From positions 1,960-65,959 of the forward strand of contig JAAYKL010000053.1 in assembly GCA_012522445.1 (NCBI GenBank): a stretch of DNA of 64,000 nt, read 5' to 3'. Shown here one piece after another: positions 18,425 through 27,279 of the stretch. The stretch is from Myxococcales bacterium. Lineage in GTDB: Bacteria > Myxococcota_A > Polyangia > JAAYKL01. The notes under the pieces were generated by a model. The model worked only from the letters and a program-made list of their open reading frames with translations. It did no database searches and was not told the DNA's origin. Both the position numbers and the translations under genes were made by a program. The stretch's first letter is position 1. Each line of letters opens with the position of its first letter.

Positions 18425-20833
18425 TTATTGCAAATATCCCAGCTCGCGCAGTTGCTGCTTGAGGTCGTCGGGGATGTCCTCGTTTTTCGATTCGACCGCC
18501 TTGGGCTTGGCGACGATGTCGCCTGCCACCGCGTTGCTAAACCAGTTGGTTTTGTCCGGGGCGCCGATAAATTGCCCCAGGGCGATGCGCATGCCTCGCA
18601 GCGCGATGGGATACTTTTCGTCGACGTCTACTTTTTCGCCGGGATCCTGCTGCAAGTTGTGCACAAACGTGTTGACCGGGCCCTTCATCCAGAGTTTCCA
18701 GTCGCCGCGCCGCACGCTCCACTGCAAATTGCGCGAGTCCATCTCGGAGTAAAACGACGAAAACGCCGCGTCAAACGGATGGGGTGCCGCCCCGCGCGCC
18801 AAGGGCAACAGGTCTTTCCCCTCCACCTCTCGCGGCACGTCCTTGCCCACGGCTTTCAGCGTTGTGGGCAAAATGTCCACCAGTGTGGTGGGCGCCTGCA
18901 GACGCTTCCCCGCAGGCACGAGCCCCGGTGCCCGGATAATCATCGGAACGTGCAGCAATTCTTGGTAGACGGAATGCCCGTGTCCCACGGAGTTGTGCTC
19001 AAAGAACTCCTCCCCGTGGTCTGCGGTCACCACGAAGATCGTGTTGTCGTACACGCCCGCCTTTTTCAACTCCTCGATAAACTTGCCGAATTGCCGATCG
19101 TGGTACGTCACCTCGCCGTCGTAGAGGGCCTCCAGGCGCCGGCGATCGCGTTTTTCGAGCACGACTTTTTTGCGCTTGAACTGCTCGAGCAATTCGCCCG
19201 TGGAGCGCGGCCGCACCGGACCGTCGTAAGGCTGGGCATCGTAGAGTTTCAAATCCTCTTCGGGGGGATCGTAGGGCACGTGGGGATCGATGGTTTGGAT
19301 GTAGGTGAAAAAGGGTTTGTCGCCTTGGTCTTTGATAAAGTCCATCGTGGCCTTGAACACATTTACGGCGTCGGAGTTTTTGTTTTCGCGAATGAAATTG
19401 ATGTATTGGCTCCAGCCCCGCTTAAACCCAAACTCATCGGCGAGGTAACCGTTGGCGACAAAGGCCCCGGTGGCAAACCCCTGACTGCGGTAAATCTCCG
19501 AAATCAATTTGACGTTTTTGGACAACACCGACGCGTGGCCGCGCGCCTTGTGGCTATCCGGGTGCAGGCCGGTGAACACCGACGCGCACGAGGGCTTGGT
19601 CCAGTTGGAGTTGGCCTGGCAATGCTCAAACACCGCAGACTCTGAAACGAACTTTTCCATCTCCGGCGTTTTGATGCGGCGGTTGCCATAGGACGAGAGC
19701 TTGTCGGCGCGCTGCGTGTCGATGAGCAAGACGATGACGTTTTTCTTTTTTGCGTCGGTCCCTTCCAGCTTCACCGGCGTCGTGCGCAACGCGGGATCGC
19801 CCAAGGCAATGCGCGCGCCCTCTGGCCCCTTGGCGGAGACATCGATGCGGACGAGCTGCCCGGCGTAGGCCGAAATATCCGCCATCTGATCGTGCCATTT
19901 GTCGTCGTCGATTTGGTGCGACAGCACGGTCTTGGATGCCGAGCCATCCGCTGGCGTCACCTGCGCCTCCAGGGTGCACGGCACTGTCTTGCCCATCGAG
20001 GTCACCATCGACGCCGCCGAAAAGCACAAGTGCCCCGTTGCGGGGACATCCAGGTACCAGGACAGCGTCATCGGCGCCGAAACAATCAGCGAAGTGCGCT
20101 CCTTTTTGTCTGCCGTATAGCTTTGCAGCATATTTTCGGGCATCGGCGGCACGAACTCTTTGGGGGCCGGCGTGTCCTCGGGAAGAATGCGCAGATAATC
20201 GACGGCGAAGGCCGTGGGGATGCCGTTGTCAGAAGTCGAGGAGGTCGCAAACATCAGCTTTAAATAGTTTTCGCCCGCCTTGACCTGTTCGGCGGTGGCG
20301 CTGACCGCGTAATTTTCGAAGCCCGAACCCGTCATGCTCACGGCTTTTAACGGGTGGTCGTTGAGATAGACCGAAAAGCTCTTCACCCCGGCCGCTTTCA
20401 CGCGGAAGACAAACGTTAACGGCTGGACGGTGTCCGCGGTGAAGTACATGCGGATGGGAGATGTCGAGGCCCAGGTAAACGAAACGCCGTTGACCGTGGT
20501 GTCGTTGCCCCACCCCGTCATCCAATCGCCCATCGTGTACTTGAAGCGAGACGCGGTGCCGAATTTCACGAACTCGCCATAATGCGCCACATCCGCCAGG
20601 TGCAATGATTCGATGAAATCAAAGGATTTTATTTTGTCTTTCCACGGGGTCCCCTGGGCCGCCGCATCCACCACAGCCGCGCCCCCAGCACCGGACGAAG
20701 CGGCCTTGTCGCCACCGCACCCCAAGGGCAACGCCGCACCGATGGCCGCTGCGGAGCTCACCACCATAAAGTCTCTCCTCGTCCAGTTTTTGTCTTTGCG
20801 ATCTCTCATCGTCTGATTCCTCCCATGCCCCAA
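18425..20833 (-). CDS. Tat-signal lipoprotein with N-terminal beta-rich domain and C-terminal sulfatase-fold (alkaline-phosphatase superfamily) domain
   Basis: Twin-arginine motif TRRDFMVVSSAAAIGAALPLGC. Sulfatase-fold motifs VIVLLIDTQRAD, SNWTKPSCASVFTGLHPDSH and VVTADHGEEF. The formylglycine motif C/S-x-P-x-R is not present. Confidence 0.8.
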   Translation of the reverse strand: MGHGRNQTMRDRKDKNWTRRDFMVVSSAAAIGAALPLGCGGDKAASSGAGGAAVVDAAAQGTPWKDKIKSFDFIESLHLADVAHYGEFVKFGTASRFKYTMGDWMTGWGNDTTVNGVSFTWASTSPIRMYFTADTVQPLTFVFRVKAAGVKSFSVYLNDHPLKAVSMTGSGFENYAVSATAEQVKAGENYLKLMFATSSTSDNGIPTAFAVDYLRILPEDTPAPKEFVPPMPENMLQSYTADKKERTSLIVSAPMTLSWYLDVPATGHLCFSAASMVTSMGKTVPCTLEAQVTPADGSASKTVLSHQIDDDKWHDQMADISAYAGQLVRIDVSAKGPEGARIALGDPALRTTPVKLEGTDAKKKNVIVLLIDTQRADKLSSYGNRRIKTPEMEKFVSESAVFEHCQANSNWTKPSCASVFTGLHPDSHKARGHASVLSKNVKLISEIYRSQGFATGAFVANGYLADEFGFKRGWSQYINFIRENKNSDAVNVFKATMDFIKDQGDKPFFTYIQTIDPHVPYDPPEEDLKLYDAQPYDGPVRPRSTGELLEQFKRKKVVLEKRDRRRLEALYDGEVTYHDRQFGKFIEELKKAGVYDNTIFVVTADHGEEFFEHNSVGHGHSVYQELLHVPMIIRAPGLVPAGKRLQAPTTLVDILPTTLKAVGKDVPREVEGKDLLPLARGAAPHPFDAAFSSFYSEMDSRNLQWSVRRGDWKLWMKGPVNTFVHNLQQDPGEKVDVDEKYPIALRGMRIALGQFIGAPDKTNWFSNAVAGDIVAKPKAVESKNEDIPDDLKQQLRELGYLQ

Positions 20834-20966
20834 ATCATTTCGGCGGACGCCTGCGCACCCGCGAATTAACCTTTATATATACGCTGTTTTGGGCACTGCC
20901 CTTTTGCGCAGTATCCCATGTGACATACCAGAAAAAGCCCGATGTCCAAAAAAAACGCATCCTCAC

Positions 20967-22898
20967 TCAGCCGGGCGTCTCTTCGCCTTGCGGCAGCGCA
21001 TCGTTGGCTGCTGCCCTGCGGCGCGCATACACCCGCAAAATTTCCACCGCCGCCGGGGTCATCCCGGGAATGCGGCTGGCCTGCCCCAGCGTGGCGGGAG
21101 AGGCGTGTTGCAGCTTTTCTTGTAACTCTTCGCGCAAGCCGGGAATTCCGCTGTAATCCATTTGTGGGGGCAGCCACTCTTTGTCCGCGGCTTGCAAGCG
21201 CTGGGCTTGGTTTTGTTGACGCGCCAGGTATCCCGCGTACTTGATGTCGATTTCGAGGCGCCGCTGCAGCTCAGGCGACAGCGCGCCCAGCTCCGGAGCC
21301 AGCGACAACGCTTGCGCCATGGTCACCCCCTCCCGGTGCAGGTACTCGCCCAAGCGCTGGGGCTTCACCACCGCGGGTAGCCCCAAGTCGCGCAGCCGGT
21401 CATTGGTGCGCTGGGCCGGCGTTAGGGACACCGTTTGCAGCACATCGCGGGCCGCCCGCAACGCGGTGAGTCGCTCTTGCGTGGCCCGAATTTGTGCATC
21501 GCCGAGCAGACCGACGCGCATCGCCACATCGAACAACCGTTCGTCCGCGTTGTCCTCGCGCAGCAGCAGACGAAACTCCGCCCGAGACGTAAACATGCGG
21601 TAGGGCTCGTCGACGCCGCGGCCGGTCAGGTCGTCGATCATCACCCCCAAGTACGCTTGATCGCGCCCAAAGAGCATCGGCTCACCGCCGAGGACGAACA
21701 GCGCCGCGTTGGCGCCAGCGGTCAAGCCCAAGGCCGCTGCCTCCTCATAGCCCGAGGTGCCGAGAATTTGCCCGGCAAAATACAGGCCATCGAAGCCGTC
21801 CACCGTCAAGTGCGGCGTCAAGGCCTGCGGTTGCACCGCGTCGTACTCAACGGCATAGCCATAGCGCAGGATGCGCGCCCGCTCGAGACCGGGAATGGCG
21901 TGCACCATTTCCTCTTGCACGTCTTCGGGGAAGCTCGTGGAAATGCCCGCCGGATAAATCACCTTTCCGTGCTGGTCCTCGGGCTCCAAAAACACCTGGT
22001 GGCGCTCTTTCTCGGGGAAACGGGCGATTTTGGTTTCCACCGAGGGGCAATACCGCGCGCCGATCCCCGAGATGCCTCCGCCATACAGCGCCGAGCGCGT
22101 GAGATTGCGCGCGATGATTTCGTGGCTCTTCGCCGAGGTCCAGGTGAGGTGGCACGGCCGTTGGGGCAAGCTGTAGTCGCGCGTCGTGGGATCGAAGAAG
22201 GGCGGCGGCACATCGCCGTGCTGTTCTTCCAACTGCGCGTAATCGATGGAGTCCCCCGCCAAACGAGGGCAGGTCCCGGTTTTGAGACGCATCATGGGCA
22301 GGCCAATGGCGCGAATCGAATCGGCCAACGCCAGGGTGGGTGCAACCCCTTGCCGGCCTCCGGGGATCTCCGTTTGTCCGACAAAGAGCATGCCCCGCAA
22401 ATAAGTGCCTGCGGCCACCACCACCGCGCGGGCCGAAAGGGTTCCGCCGCGGGCCAGGCGCACACCGGTCACGTGACGACGCGCGCCCTGGGTTTGCCAC
22501 AGCAGCGCCTCCACGGTGTCCTCGATGACTGCGCCCCCCTCAATCGCGCGGAGGGCTTCGGCCATGCGGACAACGTAGACATGGGCATCGGTTTGCACGC
22601 GCGTGGACTGCACCGCTGGGCCTTTGCGGCGATTCAGCGTGCGAAACTGCAAACCCGACAAATCGGTCAGGCGCCCCATCAAACCGCCCAACGCGGTAAT
22701 CTCGCGCACCAGGTGGCCCTTGCCCGGTCCGCCGATGGCGGGATTGCACGGTTGAAATCCCACCGTCCGCCAGTCGGGCACCACCAGCGCAGCGCGCACC
22801 CCCAGCCGACACGCCGCCGCATAGGCCTCGCACCCAGCGTGACCGCCCCCCACGACGATGACGTCGAAATCGCGCGTCGTATCTCTTTGTTGTTTCAT
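20967..22898 (-). CDS. mnmG: tRNA uridine 5-carboxymethylaminomethyl modification enzyme MnmG (GidA)
   Basis: FDVIVVGGGHAGCEAY FAD motif and full-length MnmG-like sequence. Start set at MKQQRD (ATG 22896-22898). Confidence 0.95.
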   Translation of the reverse strand: MKQQRDTTRDFDVIVVGGGHAGCEAYAAACRLGVRAALVVPDWRTVGFQPCNPAIGGPGKGHLVREITALGGLMGRLTDLSGLQFRTLNRRKGPAVQSTRVQTDAHVYVVRMAEALRAIEGGAVIEDTVEALLWQTQGARRHVTGVRLARGGTLSARAVVVAAGTYLRGMLFVGQTEIPGGRQGVAPTLALADSIRAIGLPMMRLKTGTCPRLAGDSIDYAQLEEQHGDVPPPFFDPTTRDYSLPQRPCHLTWTSAKSHEIIARNLTRSALYGGGISGIGARYCPSVETKIARFPEKERHQVFLEPEDQHGKVIYPAGISTSFPEDVQEEMVHAIPGLERARILRYGYAVEYDAVQPQALTPHLTVDGFDGLYFAGQILGTSGYEEAAALGLTAGANAALFVLGGEPMLFGRDQAYLGVMIDDLTGRGVDEPYRMFTSRAEFRLLLREDNADERLFDVAMRVGLLGDAQIRATQERLTALRAARDVLQTVSLTPAQRTNDRLRDLGLPAVVKPQRLGEYLHREGVTMAQALSLAPELGALSPELQRRLEIDIKYAGYLARQQNQAQRLQAADKEWLPPQMDYSGIPGLREELQEKLQHASPATLGQASRIPGMTPAAVEILRVYARRRAAANDALPQGEETPG

Positions 22899-23048
22899 CG
22901 CTTCAAAACGCCTCGGCACACCGCACAACCAACCCAGATTCAGCTCGCATTACGCACAGCCACACACACTGCGCATACATACAGCATGTGTTGCTTTACA
23001 TTATCGCGAAATATAGTGTAATCATTAAAACCACGAGGGAAAAACATT

Positions 23049-24461
23049 ATGAGACGATGGAAATCAGAAGTACTAGAGCAGTTGTTGGACATCCAAGATG
23101 TGGACATGAAAATCAGGGCCATATCCCACACCATCGAACAACTCTACCACCGCTGCATGCGCGAGGATTTGCAGCTCAACAACATGAAGGCCGAGCTCGA
23201 GCAAGTCGAGGAAAACCTCAACGCCACCAAGGTGCAGCGCGAGATGTACCAGAGCACGCTCGAGGACATCCGCAACGCCATCAAGGGGCTCATGGCCAAT
23301 CGCTCGGGCATCTTCAGGCCGCGCACGCGAAGCTCCACCGAGGCGCTCAAAATTGAAGAGGACAAACTCGCCGTGCTGTTGGTGGAGACCGACAGCCAAA
23401 TTCAGCGCCTCTCCGAAGATGCGGCGGCCATCCGCGACCAAATCCAAGAGCGCTCGGCCGAGGTCGCCCTGTCCCAACAAGCACCCGAAGCCGAAATCCG
23501 CCAACGCCGCGACGAAAAGCTAAAGCTCGAAGCCGAACGCGCAAAGCGGATCCGCGGTCTCCCCGAACCCCTGCTCCGAAAATACGATCGCCTCAAGGCA
23601 TCGCGTTCGGGCATGGCCCTCACCGTGCTAAGCGATGGCATCTGCAAGGTGTGCCGCATGCAAATGCCCACCGGCGTTTACTCTCGCTTGGTGAAGGGCG
23701 AGTACATCCACGACTGTCCCGCGTGTGGCCGCATGGTGGCGCGCATTCAATTCAGCATCGACTTCAAGCAGATGGCCGAAGAGGCCAAGGCCGCCGAGGC
23801 CGCCAAAGAGGAAGAGCGCAAGAAGCAAGAAGCCGCCAAGGAGCGCCGCATCAAAGCGGCCGAACGAACCGAGCGCCTCAAAGAACAACACGAGCGAAAG
23901 CTGTTGCAAGCAGCGATGCGCGAGGCCGCACAACAACAGGAGCGCGCCAACGTCACCGCGGGTACCGCAACAAAAACGACCAAGACCGCCGCCGCCAAAG
24001 CAACGCCCGCCAAAAAGGCAACCGCCAAGGCAACGCCCGCCAAGGCCGAAGCTGCGGCAAAGACCACCGCTGCGAAAAAGGCGCCCGCTAAAAAAGCGCC
24101 CGCCAAAGCAACGCCCGCCAAAAAGGCAACCGCCAAGGCAACACCGGCCAAAAAGGCAGCCGCCAAGGCAACGCCCGTGAAAAAAACAGCCGCCAAGGCA
24201 ACGCCCGCCAAAAAGACAGCCGCCAAAAAGGCGACCCCGGTGAAAAAAGCAACGCCGGCGAAGAAAACAGCCGTCAAAAAAGCACCCGCTAAAAAGGCGC
24301 CTGCTAAAAAGGCACCTGCCAAAGCGACTCCGGTGAAAAAAGCGCCCGTCAAAAAAGCGCCCGCTAAAAAAGCACCCGCTAAAAAGGCACCTGCCAAAAA
24401 AGCACCCGCTAAAAAGGCACCTGCCAAAAAAGCACCTGCCAAGGCCCAGCGCAGCCGATAG
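23049..24461 (+). CDS. COG1579/DUF164-type coiled-coil zinc-ribbon protein fused to a Lys/Ala/Pro-rich histone-H1-like tail
   Basis: N-terminal [17 protein letters not shown].. coiled coil. Zinc ribbon CKVCRMQMP...CPACGRMV. Then about 168 aa of (A/P/T)AKKA-type repeats. Confidence 0.8.
   Translation: MRRWKSEVLEQLLDIQDVDMKIRAISHTIEQLYHRCMREDLQLNNMKAELEQVEENLNATKVQREMYQSTLEDIRNAIKGLMANRSGIFRPRTRSSTEALKIEEDKLAVLLVETDSQIQRLSEDAAAIRDQIQERSAEVALSQQAPEAEIRQRRDEKLKLEAERAKRIRGLPEPLLRKYDRLKASRSGMALTVLSDGICKVCRMQMPTGVYSRLVKGEYIHDCPACGRMVARIQFSIDFKQMAEEAKAAEAAKEEERKKQEAAKERRIKAAERTERLKEQHERKLLQAAMREAAQQQERANVTAGTATKTTKTAAAKATPAKKATAKATPAKAEAAAKTTAAKKAPAKKAPAKATPAKKATAKATPAKKAAAKATPVKKTAAKATPAKKTAAKKATPVKKATPAKKTAVKKAPAKKAPAKKAPAKATPVKKAPVKKAPAKKAPAKKAPAKKAPAKKAPAKKAPAKAQRSR
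23955..24461 (+). repeat. Coding tandem repeats ([11 protein letters not shown] units) including near-perfect 30-bp DNA repeats
   Basis: Protein tail reads ..[37 protein letters not shown]...[32 protein letters not shown]. The DNA unit aaaaaagcacccgctaaaaaggcacctgcc repeats around 24361-24440. Confidence 0.85.
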
Positions 24462-24473
24462 CGCGTCCATTGC

Positions 24474-25442
24474 ATGAGCGATACACCCAGTAGGCGCACC
24501 TTCCTCCGCAACACCCTCATCGGATGTGCCGGGGCCACGGGCCTCACCTCCGGGGCATTTTTACTGCGCGACGAGGGACGCCATGCACAACCCCGCGAGG
24601 CCACCCTCGTGCGCCAAGTGCGCGACTACACCGCACAACCCGCCCCCGCGCCGCAGCTCATCATCGCCACGGGCCCCCCCGAAGCCGCCATCCAAAAGGC
24701 CATCGACGCCCTAGGAGGCATGGCGCAATTCATCCGCCCCAACGAGCACGTCGTCATCAAGCCCAACATCGGCTGGGACCGCACCCCCCTGCAGGCGGCC
24801 AACACCAACCCCATCCTCGTCGCTGCCCTGGTGCGCCTGTGCTTCGCCGCTGGCGCCGCGCGCGTCGTGGTCACCGACAACAGTTGCAACGACCCCGCCC
24901 GCTGCTTCACGCGCTCCGGCATCTGGAAGCACGCCGAAGAGGCTGGCGCCGAAGTCATTCTCCCCGCCCCCCATCGCTTTCGCACCATCGACATCGGCGG
25001 CGCGGTGCTGGGCAAAATGCCGGTGCTCATGCCCGCCATCTCGGCGCACCGCTTCATCAACGTGCCCATCGCCAAACACCACGGCTTCTCCCACTTCACC
25101 GGCGCCATGAAAAATCTCTACGGCGTACTCGGCGGGCGCCGCAACCGACTACACCAGCGCATCGACGAATCCATCGCCGACCTCGCCGACTTCATCCGCC
25201 CCACCCTCACCGTCATGGACGCCACCCGCGTGCTCTTCCGCAACGGCCCCCAAGGTGGCGACCTCGCCGATACCCGCGCCGTAGGCCAAGTCATCGCCTC
25301 CACCGATCCCGTGGCAGTCGATGCCTACGCCTGCACCCTCGTCGATGTGCCCGCCGACAAGCTCCCCTACCTCGCCTTGGGGATGCAGCGCGGATTGGGC
25401 ACCGCCGACCTATCGAAAATCATCCAAAAAGAGGTGCGTTGA
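24474..25442 (+). CDS. Tat-signal DUF362 domain protein
   Basis: [19 protein letters not shown] twin-arginine signal. DUF362-type core ([46 protein letters not shown]). Confidence 0.8.
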   Translation: MSDTPSRRTFLRNTLIGCAGATGLTSGAFLLRDEGRHAQPREATLVRQVRDYTAQPAPAPQLIIATGPPEAAIQKAIDALGGMAQFIRPNEHVVIKPNIGWDRTPLQAANTNPILVAALVRLCFAAGAARVVVTDNSCNDPARCFTRSGIWKHAEEAGAEVILPAPHRFRTIDIGGAVLGKMPVLMPAISAHRFINVPIAKHHGFSHFTGAMKNLYGVLGGRRNRLHQRIDESIADLADFIRPTLTVMDATRVLFRNGPQGGDLADTRAVGQVIASTDPVAVDAYACTLVDVPADKLPYLALGMQRGLGTADLSKIIQKEVR

Positions 25443-25491
25443 ATTGGCCGAAACACCGCAAAAAACACTGCCGAAATGGCGCCGATGGCGC

Positions 25492-27108
25492 ATGGCCCGC
25501 CGCATCTCCCAGGGCTTGTTTCTCGCCCTGTTTCTGCTGCTGATCTTTGCCACCGCTGGCCTCACCGGTGCGGGATTCGACGCCCAAAGCGCCGCGGACA
25601 TCCCCTGGCCCGTCGAAGCCTTTCTCAACCTCGACCCCTTCATCGCGCTACTCGTCGCCCTCGCCACGGTCACCGTCCCGGCCACTTTGCTGTTCAGCCT
25701 CATCGTCCTGGTCATCGCGCTGTTCACCGGACGCTCCTTCTGCGGCTGGGTCTGCCCCATGGGCACCCTCAACCACGCCGTCTCCGAAACGGCTCCGGGG
25801 CTCTCCGCCGCCAAAAAAATAAAGGCCAACCAGCCCGCGCGCCCGCGCCACTTCAAATACTTCTTGCTCCTCTTCTCCTTGGGGGCGGCCTTCTTCGGCT
25901 CGGCCCTGGGCGGGCTCTTCGATCCCATCTCCTTGGTGACCCGCGGCGTCGCGCTCACGCTGCTGCCCATCTTTAACTTCCTCGCGTCGCTCCTCATCGA
26001 AACCACCGCTGGCACCGCCAGCCACACCGCGCAACAGCTCTCCGACAGCGCCCACGACCTCCTGTCGGGCATCGTGGTTCACGCCAACGGGCTGCTGGTC
26101 TTGGGCGGCATTTGGCTCACGCTCATCTTCGCGGCCATCCTCTTTGCCAACCGCTATGTCCCCCGGCTCTGGTGCCGCTGGATCTGCCCCTTGGGCGCCT
26201 TGCTCGGCCTGGCCGGACGCTTTGGCATCCTCGCCCTGCACAAGGACGAAAGCCGCTGCACCCAGTGCAAACGCTGCGAAAAAATATGCTCGGGAGCGGC
26301 CTCCCCCATGCCCGGAAAACCCTGGCTGCGCGCCGAATGCGACCTGTGCCTCAACTGCGTGGCGGTCTGTCCCGAAAACGCGCTGTCGTTTGGCCGGGTA
26401 CGCGACCGCGCCCATCCGCAACGAGAGGAAGCCCCGCACCCCAACCTGAAGCGCCGCCACGTGTTGACCAGCGCCGCCGCGGGAATGCTGGCCGTCCCTG
26501 CGCTGCGCTCCGGCAGCATTACATCGTCCCAGGGACGCCCCCACCCCGACTGCATCCGCCCGCCCGGCGCCATGGCCGAAAATGATTTTCTCGCCCGGTG
26601 CATTCGCTGCGGACAGTGCATGAAAATTTGCCCCACCAACGCGCTGCACCCCGCCTTCGACGAAGCCGGACTCGAAGGCCTGTGGTCGCCCGTACTCATT
26701 CCCCGTATCGGCGCCTGCGAACCCACCTGCACGCTGTGCACGCAGGTTTGTCCCACCGGGGCCATCAAACGCCTGCACGAAGACGACAAGACCGGGCAAA
26801 ACGGCAAACAAATGGTCGTCATTGGCACGGCCTTCTTCGACCAGGGGCGCTGCCTACCCTGGGCCATGGGCACGCCCTGCACGGTGTGCGAGGAGTTCTG
26901 CCCGCAATCGCCCAAGGCCATCTGGCTCGAAGAAGTCGAGCGCGTCGTCAACGGCAAAACCGTGAAGCTCAAGCTGCCCTATGTCGACCCGTCGCGCTGC
27001 AGCGGGTGCGGGGCCTGCGAAAACGCCTGCCCCGTCAACGACCGCGCCGCCATTCGCGTTAGCAGCGCTGGCGAGACGCGCAATCCCAACAATCGCTTGT
27101 TGCTGTAA
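25492..27108 (+). CDS. Membrane-bound NapH/MauN-like polyferredoxin (multiple 4Fe-4S motifs)
   Basis: TM helices carry two CxxCP motifs (FCGWVCPMG, WCRWICPLG). Ferredoxin motifs follow: CTQCKRCEKIC, CDLCLNCVAVCP, CIRCGQCMKICP, CTLCTQVCP, CTVCEEFCP, CSGCGACENACP. ATG 25492 preferred; TTG 25444 is possible. The ORF-track start 25321 overlaps the upstream gene. Confidence 0.8.
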   Translation: MARRISQGLFLALFLLLIFATAGLTGAGFDAQSAADIPWPVEAFLNLDPFIALLVALATVTVPATLLFSLIVLVIALFTGRSFCGWVCPMGTLNHAVSETAPGLSAAKKIKANQPARPRHFKYFLLLFSLGAAFFGSALGGLFDPISLVTRGVALTLLPIFNFLASLLIETTAGTASHTAQQLSDSAHDLLSGIVVHANGLLVLGGIWLTLIFAAILFANRYVPRLWCRWICPLGALLGLAGRFGILALHKDESRCTQCKRCEKICSGAASPMPGKPWLRAECDLCLNCVAVCPENALSFGRVRDRAHPQREEAPHPNLKRRHVLTSAAAGMLAVPALRSGSITSSQGRPHPDCIRPPGAMAENDFLARCIRCGQCMKICPTNALHPAFDEAGLEGLWSPVLIPRIGACEPTCTLCTQVCPTGAIKRLHEDDKTGQNGKQMVVIGTAFFDQGRCLPWAMGTPCTVCEEFCPQSPKAIWLEEVERVVNGKTVKLKLPYVDPSRCSGCGACENACPVNDRAAIRVSSAGETRNPNNRLLL

Positions 27109-27236
27109 ACAATGCGCAATGCCGTGAGGTGAACCGGCCGGTGCCAGTAGCGCGCCCGGTGGCAGGGAGAGAACCGGTGCCGGGAAGAACCGGTGGCTGA
27201 CCGTTGCAAAAGTGAAGAAGCCATGTTGGGGGGTGA

Positions 27237-27259
27237 GGCCGCGGGGTTGAACCGCGGCC
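27237..27259. terminator. GC-rich stem-loop between convergent genes (possible bidirectional terminator)
   Basis: ggccgcgg-ggttgaa-ccgcggcc: 8-bp perfect stem with a 7-nt loop. No clear U-tract. Confidence 0.35.
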
Positions 27260-27279
27260 AGGGGTGGGGGAGGGACCGG

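Noticed and set aside
20889-20908. Sigma-54-like element TTGGGCAC-N-TTTTGC
   Set aside because: The GG-to-GC spacing is two nt longer than the canonical -24/-12 arrangement. It also points toward no plus-strand gene, since both neighbours are on the minus strand.
23628-24604. Minus-strand ORFs of 280 and 285 aa opposite the Lys/Ala/Pro tail
   Set aside because: They are antisense translations of the AAG/GCN repeat array, giving Phe/Gly/Cys/Leu-Ala repeats. They are artefacts of the repeat, and the plus frame is continuous with the COG1579 domain.
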